Positions 1-12,300 of a stretch of DNA of 64,000 nt are shown piece by piece. The translations under genes were made by a program, and so were the position numbers. Position 1 is the first letter of the stretch. Every line of letters begins with the position of its first letter. This DNA comes from Amoebophrya sp. A120 (lineage: Eukaryota; Protista; Dinoflagellata), in contig CAJINV010000014.1 of NCBI GenBank assembly GCA_905178155.1, positions 1,026,116-1,090,115 on the forward strand, read 5' to 3'. The notes under the pieces are model-generated. The model was not told the DNA's origin and searched no databases. It saw only the letters and a list, made by a program, of their open reading frames with translations.

Positions 1-1523
1 TGTAAGGCCGGCTTACTAGTATGTAGCCTGGTTTGTAAGTATTGGCACTACCCAACGGTCCGCAAATTATTTCTCTGATCGGCCGTTCTCCGTTCTGAAA
101 TCTGGAATTGGGTCCAAGGGTTCCAAAAATTTTCCTGGTCAGCCTTGCTGTCTTCGACTAGCCCGCACAAATTCGTGTGTGGGCGCTGTTTTTATTTTCC
201 ATCTTTCGCAACCTGTTCCTCCCCGTACAGGCTGGCTGTTGAGAGGAGTTGTGCTGATTTGTGCGAATTTAGTGTGTCTGAGACGTACCTTTCCTCTACT
301 CGATCTGGAAGCGCCTCTCCTGGGGCTACTAGTGTGATTCCCCCTTTCACTTGAATTTTAGCTCTAGCATTTTCCAGAATGCCGGTATCTTTTCTTGACG
401 GACATCCAAATGCTTTGCGAACTCCGGGTGCTAGTGGGGCGGGCCCACAAGCTTCGCATGTTAGGACGTGGCAGAAGTTTAGGGCGGAGCAAGGCCCGTG
501 GCTCTTTGTGGTCCGTCAGGCACTGTTGCTGTTTCCCCCGTCAGCGGGGCCGTTTTTGGTGAGATGTTGGTAGGTGTGGATGCCACTCTACTCGTTGAAG
601 ACGTCTCGATATTATGCTAGTGCCACTAAGCTGCTGATCCACATGCCGTAGGGGTAGTAGACTCTTTAGCTGCCTTGCCGTTTGCGGTAGACCTAGGCTT
701 TTGCTTCGGGAAGTGTTCGATTTCTGACCGCGCAAGCAAATAGAGATCGAAATTTGGAAATCCTCTTACTTCTTGTCGAGGGGGCCGTCGACGAAACAGG
801 TCTTCCGCCGAAGATGCAACACCGTCGAAATTTTTACAACTGATTTTTTTCCAGATAATATCACACAAAAGGTACTATTAACAGTGAACCCGAATACAAT
901 AAACAATTACAACCGTGCGGGTACTTCTAAACCGACGAAATTCTGGAACAGAAGCTAATGCTACAACCGAAACTAGGGCGGGACCGCGTTCCACGTCTTG
1001 ATGTTTCGCGATATGAAAAAATGCCAACTACTAGAAAGAGTCTGTCATTGGACAGGTAGGGCTTTGTTCTTGCGGATTGCAAAAGGAAGCGTTTGGAAGA
1101 ATTTTTGCGTTTTGAATATTCGTGATGGAATGATGTCGTGTAATTCGGTTTGGTTTGTGGCAATAACAACGAGCATCTATTCATCTGTCGTGGCTGGAAT
1201 CGTAGGGAAGCGCGATCGTCTGTCGTAATGAAGCAACGGGGCAGCAGGACAACTTTCAAGGAAGAATCACATTTGATATTTCATGTTTCATAAGCAGTCG
1301 ACACTTCGTAGAGGGCAACGTGGCCGCGTTTTGAATGACCAAGTCCAGAAGTTTTATTTCGTGTACAACAAAGTTGCTAGGAATTTGATACGTATCTGTT
1401 TTTTGTGGCAGTAGGTTATGCGCTTGTTTCAAGAGCACTATCACTATGCTGCTGCGTGAGAACTGAAATTGGGAGATTTTTGCTTTGCTGATTTCCACGG
1501 TTACTTCTTGCAAAAGCTAAAAA

Positions 1524-4500
1524 ATGGCCTTGTTTCGTCCGTCGAAGATACTGAAAACGGCCCGCCTCGTACCTGTGCACGACCAGAGCCGGCGGCACTT
1601 TTTCCTGTCTCTCGTGTGTGGGCTGAGGGCCGCGAGGAGCCAAGACGTTGACGCGGGCACACGGGAGTGGAGAAAAACGGTGGAGGAGTACTATTCTTCT
1701 TCTACTTCGAAATCTATTGGCACAAAACATAGCCGTGTCGTCGGTGGTGTTCGCCCAGGCGACGAGAACGAAGGCATGCCAGCATCACAAACACGCCCTT
1801 TCGGCGCACTGGAATCGGATCGGAGAAAATCGCGGAGTGAGAGCGCTGGTCGTGGTGCCACCGCTTTTGTGGACCAGGAGAAGCGACTTCTAGAGGATCA
1901 GGCAGCAGAGGAACCACCTGCGCAAGGAAATGTCCTGGGTCCAAAAGCCACCTCCCTCCTGGAAGAGGCCACGGGACGTCGCAAAGTGGAACGCGAGGAG
2001 AGGATCGGCACAGAAAAGCTAAACTGGGGGCACGGGGGGCACGGTCACGGTCACAGTCACGGCTCCCTGCACGGTCACGCGTACCGACACGGTCACGGCT
2101 ACCTGGGAAGTAGTACAACTCAAGACGAAGTGAACAATTTTGACACCGACCACGACCCGGACGAGCCCTGTTGCTTCGTGTATGACCCCGGTCTGCGGTA
2201 CAGCAACGTGAACAAGCAGGGAGAGGAGGTCGACGCCTACTACCTGCGCGAGACCGTCCCGAGCCTGGATGCGGTCGAGAGCACGGGACCGAAGTACCTG
2301 GCCCTCCCGAATTGCGATGCCTACGGCGAGCGAGACCTCTCGTCGCGCGGCGACCACGACCCGCTAGACGACCTGCTCCCCGACGGCGTCGAGCTGCCGG
2401 CCAAGTTCGTCGGGCGCAAGCCCCGGGGGTGCCCCGTTTCGGACAAGGACGCCATGCAGTGGCTGATGCACTCGCTGAACGAGCAGGCGTTTGTGTTCGA
2501 CCGCCTGGAAGTGTGGTCCAAGCACGCGGACCACATCTTCATGGCGCTGGAACGGGAAGTGGTCAATGACAGCGCGGGGGTCTGCTGCTTCGTGTACGTG
2601 CACAACCTGCACATGCTCGCCGGGAGTTCGAGCGACCACGACCCGCGTTCCCCCGCGCTCCACGAGCAAGAGAAGAAAGCCACCTCGGGTTCCGCGTGGC
2701 AGATTCCATGCAGCGCCGTGGCCGTTTTGGGGGGCCCCGAGTGGACGCCCTTCGGGGGGATCGGCTACCAGCACCGGTTTGCCGGCGAAGGCCACTGTCC
2801 GCAAACCTTCGAGGAGGCCGGGCGAGCGCTGATCGCGCTGACGGCCCGCGTGCCGGGCGAATTCGACTTTTTGCGGCACCGAAACTTCCGCGAGTCGTTG
2901 GAGGAGAGTGGGCCGCATTACTACTACAGCAGCAGCACCGATGATGAAGATGTAGAGATTGAGGAGCAAGAATTTGATGCGGCTTCCAAGGACGAGCTGG
3001 ATTACGAGGGTGTGGAGGTTGTGCACAACGTCACCCGCGAAACGCAACACTTGCGCACGCCCAAAGGCGACAAAGGGACCAGCATATCGCTCCGGATTGC
3101 GACGCGAGAGAAGGTGGCTCCGGAGCTGGCGGTGCGGAAGGAAGCCCGGCTGCGCGTACAGTTGAAGCGCCCCCTGGACTCCCGGATCTACGGGCACTTG
3201 CTAGGCACGACGGGAAACCGAGGTCCGTACGAGATTTATTCTTCCGTACGGAACATCAAAAGCGCGGCGAGCGGAGAAGATGTTGATCATGCCGGTCTAG
3301 CGCCGCTGCCGCGTCCCGTGCCGTTGGCGATTCCCGACCACGACCGCGCGGTGGAGGAGAATCCCAATCCCTACAATGACCGCATCACTTTACCCATTAG
3401 TCACATCGAGCGGGAGCAGCAAAGGCTCTGCGAGGTGGTCAAGTACGGCATCGAGTACGACGACCAGCATTTCGCGCCTTTTGTGGACGAAGCCGCCGGC
3501 TGGCAATTCGGGAGCTCGTCGGGGTGCGTGGAAGACTGTCGCGCGAAGTGCTTCGAAACCCACGGCTGCACCCACTGGACCTTCATCGCGTGGGATTGGA
3601 CCCCGAAAACATTTTTCAGCGACTTGAGCACGCCGTTGCAGAACTGCTTCCTGAAGAGGTTCGCACCCGACGAGTTTGGGGATTGGGGGCATCTGCGGCA
3701 CCGGGAAAGCGAAGTCTTTGCGTACGACAGGTTCCGGGACGGGGGCATCGAGTTGCAGCGCAACTTCGAGTATCAAATGTAAAAGTGTCTGGGTCGGGAA
3801 ACTTGTGATGCTGGGTGGCGGCTCATGATGAGGCTACGAATACTGGCTCAGCATGACAAGTTTCTGAGCTCCTAGGTGTTGCCTATTCTGCATGACAAAC
3901 TGCAGCGCTGCATCACAGAAAAACGGAGCTCTTGGGTAACGTGCATGACAGATTCAAGAGCCATGCCAGACAAGCATGACAAACATGAATTCTTCCAGAC
4001 CCAGACACTTTTACAGTTGATATCGAGACTACTCCCATAGCTGCCAAGGAGCAGGACCCGCTCCTGGTCGGGGTCGAGGACGAAACGCTGCACGGCATCT
4101 ACCTGAACCCCAACCACCGAAGCGCCTCGGGGGTGAGTTGCAAGCCGTACACCTACAACGCGGGGGTGTACAAAAAGAATGCGCTGATCGGTAAGCGGCA
4201 GCGCCAGCAGCTGATTCCCCACGGCTTCCCGTTCGACAGTATACCCTTCCCGGAGATCGAGCACCGCCTCGACTTGAACTTCGTCCGTTTCAAGTATTGG
4301 CTCAACAACCAAGCGGTGGAGGCCTTGCAGCCCGGGCTGGTCGCGGATCATGTGGGAGGAGCATCAGCGCCAGCGTCTGTTTTGGAAAACGCAAAAATGT
4401 TGCCATCTTCGGCATTTCTGGCACGGGATACCCCAAGCGCAAAAAACAACTACTGGCGGTTCTCCCATCGCGAAGCGCCCACGCCGGAGCTTCATGCCAT

Positions 4501-5261
4501 CAAGCGCCGGCAAAGATGCAGCTTTTGCATGACAAATTCCTAGGTGATTGTAGTGCTGTGTTGGCTTTCGGAATCTGTCATGCAAAGAGTGCTAACAGGC
4601 AGGAGGTAGATTTGGGATTTTGCATGACCAATGAGGGGGAGGGGGAGTTGTGCACTCTCATAGGGTGATCGAGGAAGACATGACCGCCGTTCGGGCGTGG
4701 AATGAGCACTACGGGAAATGGGGCGCCATTTCAACGTGGCTCACGACCTACGTGGATGGGTACAACGAAGCCTGGGACGCACGGTGGTTTTACAGGGGCA
4801 AGAAACACTATGGGACTGTCAAGATTGAAATCAACAAAATCGAAATAATTTGTGATGCATAAAACCGATACCAGTTGGAGCCGCAGTTTCCAATCGGCGC
4901 ATGATAAATTTCGGGAGCACAAAAATCCAGTCTGTCGTGCTGTTTGGGCAAACAAGGCAGCTCCTGTCGTGCTACTCTGGCCGCGCGTCGTCTTCCCCTA
5001 AACAGGCCTGCAATCGGTCTCATTTGCTTGCTCCGCAACACAGGCCATGCGTGCCCTGCATTTTATGCATTGCGATTTTGTCGATTTCGATCCTGACACC
5101 CCCATAAAAACGGGCGGTGGGTCTGGTTCCGGGAAGATGTCCCCCCAGAGCTCCAGCGGGCGGAGGCGGTCCTGCTGCGAAATGAAACGATTAACGAGGG
5201 GAATCCCGACAGAGAGGAAGTGGTTCCGATTGCGGTCATCTTCCATGATGAAAAGTTGTAG
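1524..5261 (+). CDS. Putative secreted Cys-rich protein with PAN/Apple-like domain (paralog 1), ~1007 aa; exons 1524-3770, 4028-4509, 4664-4808, 5112-5261
   Basis: Exons join in frame (3024 nt). CVEDCRAKCFETHGCTHWTF...CFLK is PAN/Apple-like. His-rich tract near the N-terminus. Joined sequence is collinear with the paralog at 6383-13612 (LGGPEWTPFGGIGYQ, HGIYLNPNHRSASGVSC, NETIN..VVP). Confidence 0.85.
3771..4022. mobile_element. Introner, family A1 (252 bp), TSD TCGAG
   Basis: TIR TATCAAATGTAAAAGTGTCTGGGTC / GACCCAGACACTTTTACAGTTGATA. TCGAG at 3766-3770 and 4023-4027. Removal gives NFE|TTP in frame. Confidence 0.93.
4510..4663 (+). other. Probable GC-AG spliceosomal intron
   Basis: GCAAAG...CATAG. 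Splicing gives KRR-VIEEDMTAVRAW in frame, matching paralog WQVKQDTKTIHEW. Contains GCATGACAAA-type motifs. Confidence 0.65.
4809..5106. mobile_element. Introner, family C (298 bp), TSD AACAC/AAAAC
   Basis: ~38-bp imperfect TIR (TATGGGACTGTCAAGATTGAAATCAACAAAATCG / CGATTTTGTCGATTTCGATCCTGACACCCCCATA). Removal gives KKH|GRWVWF in frame with the last exon. Confidence 0.88.
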
Positions 5262-6382
5262 CGTAAGTAGTCGTCGCAGCAGGAAGATATTGTTTAATAC
5301 CTCGGAGGTGGAATACAACCCTTTCGTCCACCACAGACGTAGGTTTCATTATTTCGAAATTCTTTATAGTGTTTGCACAGCACACGTGTACGTTTTCTGG
5401 ACAACTTTGTTTTTTTTTCACAGGATAAGTACAGAATAAGAATTGGTCGTATCTATCATGCAATTCTAGCTTGAGTTTGTCTGTATCGATATTATTATCA
5501 TTTTCATGACAGAACTGGAAAGAGGAAAGAAAATAGTTTCTTTTTCTGTGAAGAGTTTGTTTTTCTTTTTTAGCAATGCATGCTGTTTTTCAGGCAGTTT
5601 TTCTTACCGCCCACCTTCAGACGAAACGATGAAGATGCGTGCGCGTCTTGCAAAAATGTTTGTATATTTGGGAAGATTTTCTTCAAAGTGTACACTAAGC
5701 TTGAGCAAAAAGTCCTCGCATGGTTGTAACTGGCGTACAAGCAACAAGAGAAAACCTCAAACGACAGTAGAGAAAGATCCTGTCTGCTGGCGCATGTGAA
5801 GTGGACCACGAGTATAGTACCAAAAAGGATCGTAAACACGATCTCCCTGATGTCGGTGAACAGCTCTATCCATCGTCGTGCGCGTACTTCCAAGTCGGCT
5901 TGTCTACGTACAGTTTATGCGTATTTATGGGAAACAGACCAAGGTCAAGCAACGGTGAAAGTCGGAGTAGCCGTCGCATGATTATTTAATCTTCGTGGCG
6001 CATTTTTTTTGTCAGGAAGAATTGCTGACAGTCCGAGGTCGTGGCCTTACGATTTCTATTCTGGTCGTTCTTGGGTGGAGCATTCGTAAAAACATCGTGT
6101 AAAATAACGGTCATAGTAGGTGGCAGCTTTTTATACCACAACAACATCGAATTGCTAGTACCTTTTGTCAGGTGTTTTTTTTTCGCAGTTAGGATCGCAG
6201 ATTCCAATGAATCAGTGCTCCATAGGGTGAAAGCAGAAGTATAACTGCGCACAGAAGCCCGGTAATATTGAAGTAGCTTTCTCAGCAATTCTTGTCATCG
6301 GATCCAACTATTGTACTTACGACCTGCATATAGGACGATTAGTAAGTATTGCCCCTGGACCAAATAAGGTTATGGACCGAAG

Positions 6383-9300
6383 ATGAGGGACGAGCAATCA
6401 TTTCAATGTGTGCGACGGAAAAATCTCCAACGCACGGCTCTACGTTTCACTCTCGCGGCGCTTGTTCATCATTTGCCACTTGCGGAGGTGTTTCCCCGGG
6501 AGGAGCTGGGTCTTGGTGAGGATCTAGACCCCGGCGTGCGGGAATGGAGAAACGTGGTGGAGGACTTTTACGCAAAAAAAAGGCGCAAAACTAATACTGC
6601 CAGTACGGCCGCACTGCACGCGAAGGGCAACGTGGTGGAAAAAACGACGACCGCAGGAGGAACAGGTGATGCTAGTACCAGGCCGCTCGACTTTTTAGAA
6701 GCCGACCGAGTGGGCCTTGCCGGCTGCGACGTTGCATTATGTTCGTCGTGGACGTGGAGGTTCTACTTCAGGTTCAGAAGGAGCCACCAGAACCACAGCT
6801 GGCCAAGGTCCTACTAGCGAAGATCCGGAAGTACTGGAGCCCCTGCTGCGCCCTCCGAAAGCGGCAGCCGCCGCTCCGTTTTTTCAACGCTCGTCGCTTT
6901 TGGAAGTCGAAAAGGAAAGCGCCGAGAAGTGGGGGCCGAATATCAGCCTCCCGCAACTACCGTCTTTTAGTCCCCCCTCGCTTCCAAATATATTTGCGGG
7001 GCCGGAACAACAGTGCGAGAAGGTGGAAGCGCTGGACGAAGATGGAAGCGCGCCGCCGGACGACGAGGCCGCAGGGGCCGCCCAGGATGCGGACGAGGAG
7101 TGCTGCTTTGTTTTTGCCCCCGGGGTGCTGTACAGTAATGAGAACGGCAACGGGAACACCAACAACCCGGCGGAGCAGAACTACTACCTGCAAGAGGCGC
7201 GACGGGACCGGGACGGGTGCGGACACGTCAAGCGGTTCGAGATTTTGAAAAACTGCAATTTGTACGAGGACAAAGTTTTGTGGGACCTTTTGGGAACGCC
7301 CATCCCGGCGAAGTACGTGGGGCGGAAGCCGAAGGGGTGCCCCGAAAACGAATTGGAGGCCATGCATTGGCTCATGCAGTCGCTGCACGAGTATTGAGAG
7401 GAAAAATCCCCCCTCCCCATATTGAAAAGGTATGTTTCCAAAAATTTGTGTTGCGGATTTGAGGTCACAAATCACATCTGTCTTGCAAGAAGACAAGGGC
7501 AGAAGCTTCCGCCCCATTATGGAAGCGATCTGTCATGCTGTTGGGCCTAAAGGGGGGCCGTTTGCCATGCTGAACTACTAGACCCATCCGCCCCTACCTA
7601 GCCTGGGGATCTGGCCGCAGTGCGTCCCTGCAATACAAAGCTGATTTGTGGCCACAAATCAGCATCACAAATTTCCTTTCCCTGTCTGCTTCTATTACAG
7701 TTGTGAGCGCAAAGTATGGTCGAAATATATAAGAGTGCCCGGGGATGAAGAAATACGCGCGATGTTTTCGCGGTTCTGACCCTATGCCGTTCTGGAGCCT
7801 GTGGAGGCTTGCCTCCTCAGCTATGCTGGACAATGGCAATGTCGGTGCGGTTGTTTTAGCATCACAAATTTCCGTTTTGATATGGGGAGGGGGGATTTTT
7901 CCTTACGATAACGAGCGACAATACCTGTTCGACCGGCTGCACTTTTGGGAAACGCACGCGGACCGCGTCGTGTCGTACGACTGGGATGACAGGAGCGCGG
8001 GCTTGTGCTGCTTCGTCTACGTCCACAACCTGCACGCAAGGAGCGTCGTGCACGACCATGGGAAGGGGGCCGCGTGGCAGATCCCGTGTCGGCACGTCGG
8101 GCTGCTCGGGGGCCCGGAGTGGACCCCGTTCGGGGGGATCGGGTACCAGCTCGGGTTCGACGGCGACCAAAAGTGCCCGGAAACCTTCGACGAGGCCGGA
8201 CGCGCCCTGCTCGCGCTGACCGCGAGCCAGCCCGGCGCGTTCGAGTACCTCCGGCCGCCGGACGCGCCCCACCATTTCTACACCACCCCCGCCGGCCCCG
8301 TCACGCCGCCCGAGGAGGGACTCTCGCAGGAGCAGCTCGCGGGGCGGACGTTGGTGCGGAATGTGACGCGGAGGTCGCAACACGAAAAATCGGCGGCCGG
8401 GGAGCAGGGCACCAGCGTGCTGATCACCCTGTCCGACCAGGACGACTTCGGGTCGGAGCTGTTTGCCGTCTCCCACGAGGCCCATATCCGCGCCCAACTC
8501 AAACGTCCCGTTCCCCCGCAGGTCTACGCCTACCTGCTGGGCACTGCGGACCCCCGCGGCCCCTACCATCCCGAAACGAAGCTGCCGTTGCCGGTCTTCA
8601 TCCGCGACCACCACCCGTTCGTCGGCGCGTACAACGAGCGCATGCAGCCGCCGATTACCTATCACGAACGCCAGCAGCAGCGGCTGTGCGAGGTGGTCAA
8701 GTACGGCATGGAGTACGACGATCAGCACGGAGCGTGCGGCATGTCCTTCTGGCGCGGCGACGGGTTCCGGGGGGTCTCGAGGTTCGGGGTGCCCGCCAGC
8801 TGCGCGGAGGACTGTCGGATGCAGTGCACCGAAGCGCCGGGTTGCACGCACTGGACGTACATCGACTGGGAGTGGTCCACGTGGCTCCGGGAGTGGCACC
8901 GCCCGGGGCAGGAGTGTTTTTTGAAAAAGTTCGCGCCGGACGCGTTCGGGGATTGGGCCCACCTCCGGCGCCGGGAGGTGTCCCCGACGGAGAAGACTCA
9001 TTTCGGGGACTGCGGCATCGAGTTTCAGCACCACATGGAGGTACTGGGCTCCATGCAACTGGACCGCGAGGGCGCCCAGAAGCCGCACGGCATCTACCTG
9101 AATCCTAACCACAGAAGCGCCTCCGGGGTCAGCTGCCGTTCCAACCGCTACATCCGGGCGGTGCATGACGAAGCGAACGTCCTGTAAGCGTCGCAAAGAT
9201 CGATGATCTGCGTGGTCTGGATTTGTGTTGCAAGATTTAAAAGGTTTTTGCCAAGGTTTGTGATGTACGGATAGGATTGGCGAGTTTCTTCTCGTCAGGC

Positions 9301-12300
9301 TGTGAAACTCAATTTATTGTCAAGCGCTTTAATGCAAATAAATCCGCGACAAGGCTGACAATGAATAAGTAAACTTCTGATGCTGTTATGCGGTACAATT
9401 CATTGGCTGCTTTGCGATGCGAGTATTAGCAGCACAAGTCGGTTACCAGACCGAGACATGTTCTTTGCAATGCATATCCTACGCGGGCACCGCACAGTGT
9501 CCCGTGTCATTCCGCCCGGATTTCCGTACAACAGCATCCCCTTTGAGGAAATCAATAGCCGTATTGCAAGGAAAAATCCCCTTTGTTCCCCATATCGAAA
9601 ACGTATCTTCTGAAAATTTGCGATGCAGATTTGTGACTACAACAAATCCTGTCTGTCTTGCTAGAAGGCAAATCCAGGCTCTCTGCCACGCTATGCAGGC
9701 GATTTGTGACGCTGTAAGGACTACAGGGCGCCAGCCGTCTACCATGCTAGGCACCTACACCAAAAGGCCCCTATCTAGGCTTGCGACGTGCGTGCAGTCC
9801 TCTCCTGCAAGACAAATCTGATGCGTGTACGCACATCCAGCATCACAGATCTTCTTTCCGATATTGGGAGGGGGAATTTTTCCTTACGATAAGCCGTCTG
9901 CACCTAGGCTTCGTAAACCTGCCGCACTGGATTTCGGAACGGGCGGATGTGGCCTTTCACATCCCGATGCCCAGCAACTACTCGGGAGGGTCCACAGCCG
10001 TAGCCGAACAAGTGCAGGCGGCTGATCCGCAAAAGGTGTTGTCGGCGCTGCAGGTTGATGGCGGTGAATCCACGACGGAACAAGGTACTAGCCGCCAAAA
10101 AGAAGTAGTAGACCAGGTCGCGGCTAACAGTGTTGACGAAAGTCGTGAAGGAGATGACATCAACGATGATCATCGTGATCTCGTCGGGGTACAAAAGCCG
10201 CCAGCGTCTCAAAACACTGGCTCGGACGAGAGTACAACTAGCGAGCCAAAATACTGGCGGTTTGGCCATGACGAAACGGTGCATCCCATAATATCGAAGA
10301 TTGGACGCGCGGCGGTGAGATACAGGAAGACAGCTAGCGGCAAATGGAAAATGGAAGAGAAATTAGTGGCATCGCTGCCAGATGAGGACGTCTATCCGCG
10401 AATTGGGAGGGCGATTCAGGTTGGCTACCAGGTGGCGGCGGGACGGTTACTGGAGACGAGCGTCAGTCGGGAAAGCGACTCCATAGCGGTCTACTCCTGG
10501 TCGAAGGGTGCGGAGGACGAGAATGGACTGGTGAGTGAAGTAGCTGCAAAAGCGATCACGACGGTATGTGCGGAGCGGATAGCATTAGTAGCTCAGAAGG
10601 AGCCCGCGGCCCAGGTCCTGCAGCTGGCAAGGAGCGAAGTGGAAACGACATGGAAAACGCACGACGAAATCTACTCCCCGGCATGGGACGACGAGGTGTT
10701 CATACAGGAGGACGAAGAAGAAAAATTCCAGATGTGGCACGAATTACTAAGTAAAGAACTAGCGCCATTGCCGGAACCAGAAGAAGGCGACGCCAGGATG
10801 TCAATAAAGAAGTTGAAGGGGGCGATGAAAGAGCGTCTAGAAGATTGGATAAGAAAGCAGAATGACGAAGAATTGCGGCTACGGGGTAGAGACGAAAGGG
10901 AGGCAGGAGTAGCAGCTCTAGGCAACTAGAGTAAAGAAGAAAAGGATCACGCTAATAGGTTGTTTTGTTTAACGCTTTGCTCTTCCCACAGGAAAAAAAG
11001 CTAAAAAGAGTAAAGTGAAAAAAAAAATCAAAGACTGGTACGTAAAGAAAATGACAAAAAGACAGTGCTGAGGCCGTCGCGCCGCTTCTTTGTATAGTTT
11101 GGTAAGGTGTTACAGTGGCCGTCGCGCCGACAGCAAGGAAGAGTTTTTTTTACTTAGGGCCGTCGTGTCCGTCTTCGACTGCAATAGCAGTGTGAGTGTT
11201 CTACATTTGGCCGTCGCGCCGCACTTGTATCAAGGCCGTCGAGCCTTACCGACTGATCCTCGTACGAGGGGGATCGGGCGTGACCCATTGCGGGAACTGG
11301 CAAGCTCCGAGCAGCGGTCGGCGTTTGTCCTGCCCCTCCACGGCACAAACGACGGTGACGATGCGCCGGTGCAATCGGACTGGGCAAAGGCCCGGCTGGT
11401 GGACGGAGACCGCACGGTGCCCCCTTTTTCTGCCGAAGGAGCTGTGGCCGGAAAAGTACAAGCTGACCCTGGAACGCAACCCGCGGAACAGCACGTGGCA
11501 GGTGAAACAAGACACCAAGATATCAAAAGGAAAAATCCCCCCTCCCCATATCGAAAAGGAACGCCTCAGAGAATTTGCGATGCTGATTTGTGACCACAAA
11601 TCGTGTTTGTCTTGCAAGAAAGCAACGACACGGGCCCCGCCCCATTATGCAGGCGGTTGGTAATGCTGCTGGTCCTACAGCAAAGACGTTCCTCGTGCTA
11701 AGTGCCTAGGCCAAAACCTCTCTACATTGGCATGATATGGGCCTGCAGTCCTCTACTGCAAGACAAATCTGATTTGTGTACGCAAATCCAGCGCCACAGA
11801 TTTCGTTTTCGATATGGGGAGGGGGCATTTTTCCTTTTGATACAAGACGATCCACGAATGGAACGCCCAATACGGGCGGTACGGCGCCGTTTCCACTTGG
11901 GTGATATCTTACGTCGGGGGTCGTGACGCGTCGTGGGCGGACCGCTGGTTTTACATCGGACGGCAGCAGGATGGCCAGTGGTCGCACTTCACGCGCGTGC
12001 TCCCGGAACCACTGGAAAAAGCGGAAATGGTTATGGGATGGATTCAGCGATTCAAAAGCAGGCGATTCAAAAATTTCTTATTCTTCATCTTGCATGTTCA
12101 AAACCTGAAACAAAATATGATCACTTGCGTGATGAACTTTCAATGGTTTGCTTGTCTTTCCGAATCGCCGCCAGAAAAGGTATGAAATTAAATAGCTAGG
12201 CCAGTCTCAACTTGAGCTAGATTATCGCTTGCGTTTGTCATGTCAAAAATGAAAAGATAATTGAACTACTTCGCATGATCATCAAAAGTCAAATTATAAA

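Noticed and set aside
1-1500. Gene or retroelement at the window start
   Set aside because: No long ORF or diagnostic motif.
11072-11245. CRISPR array
   Set aside because: Repeats are only 8-13 bp, spacers are irregular, there are no cas genes, and the context is eukaryotic.
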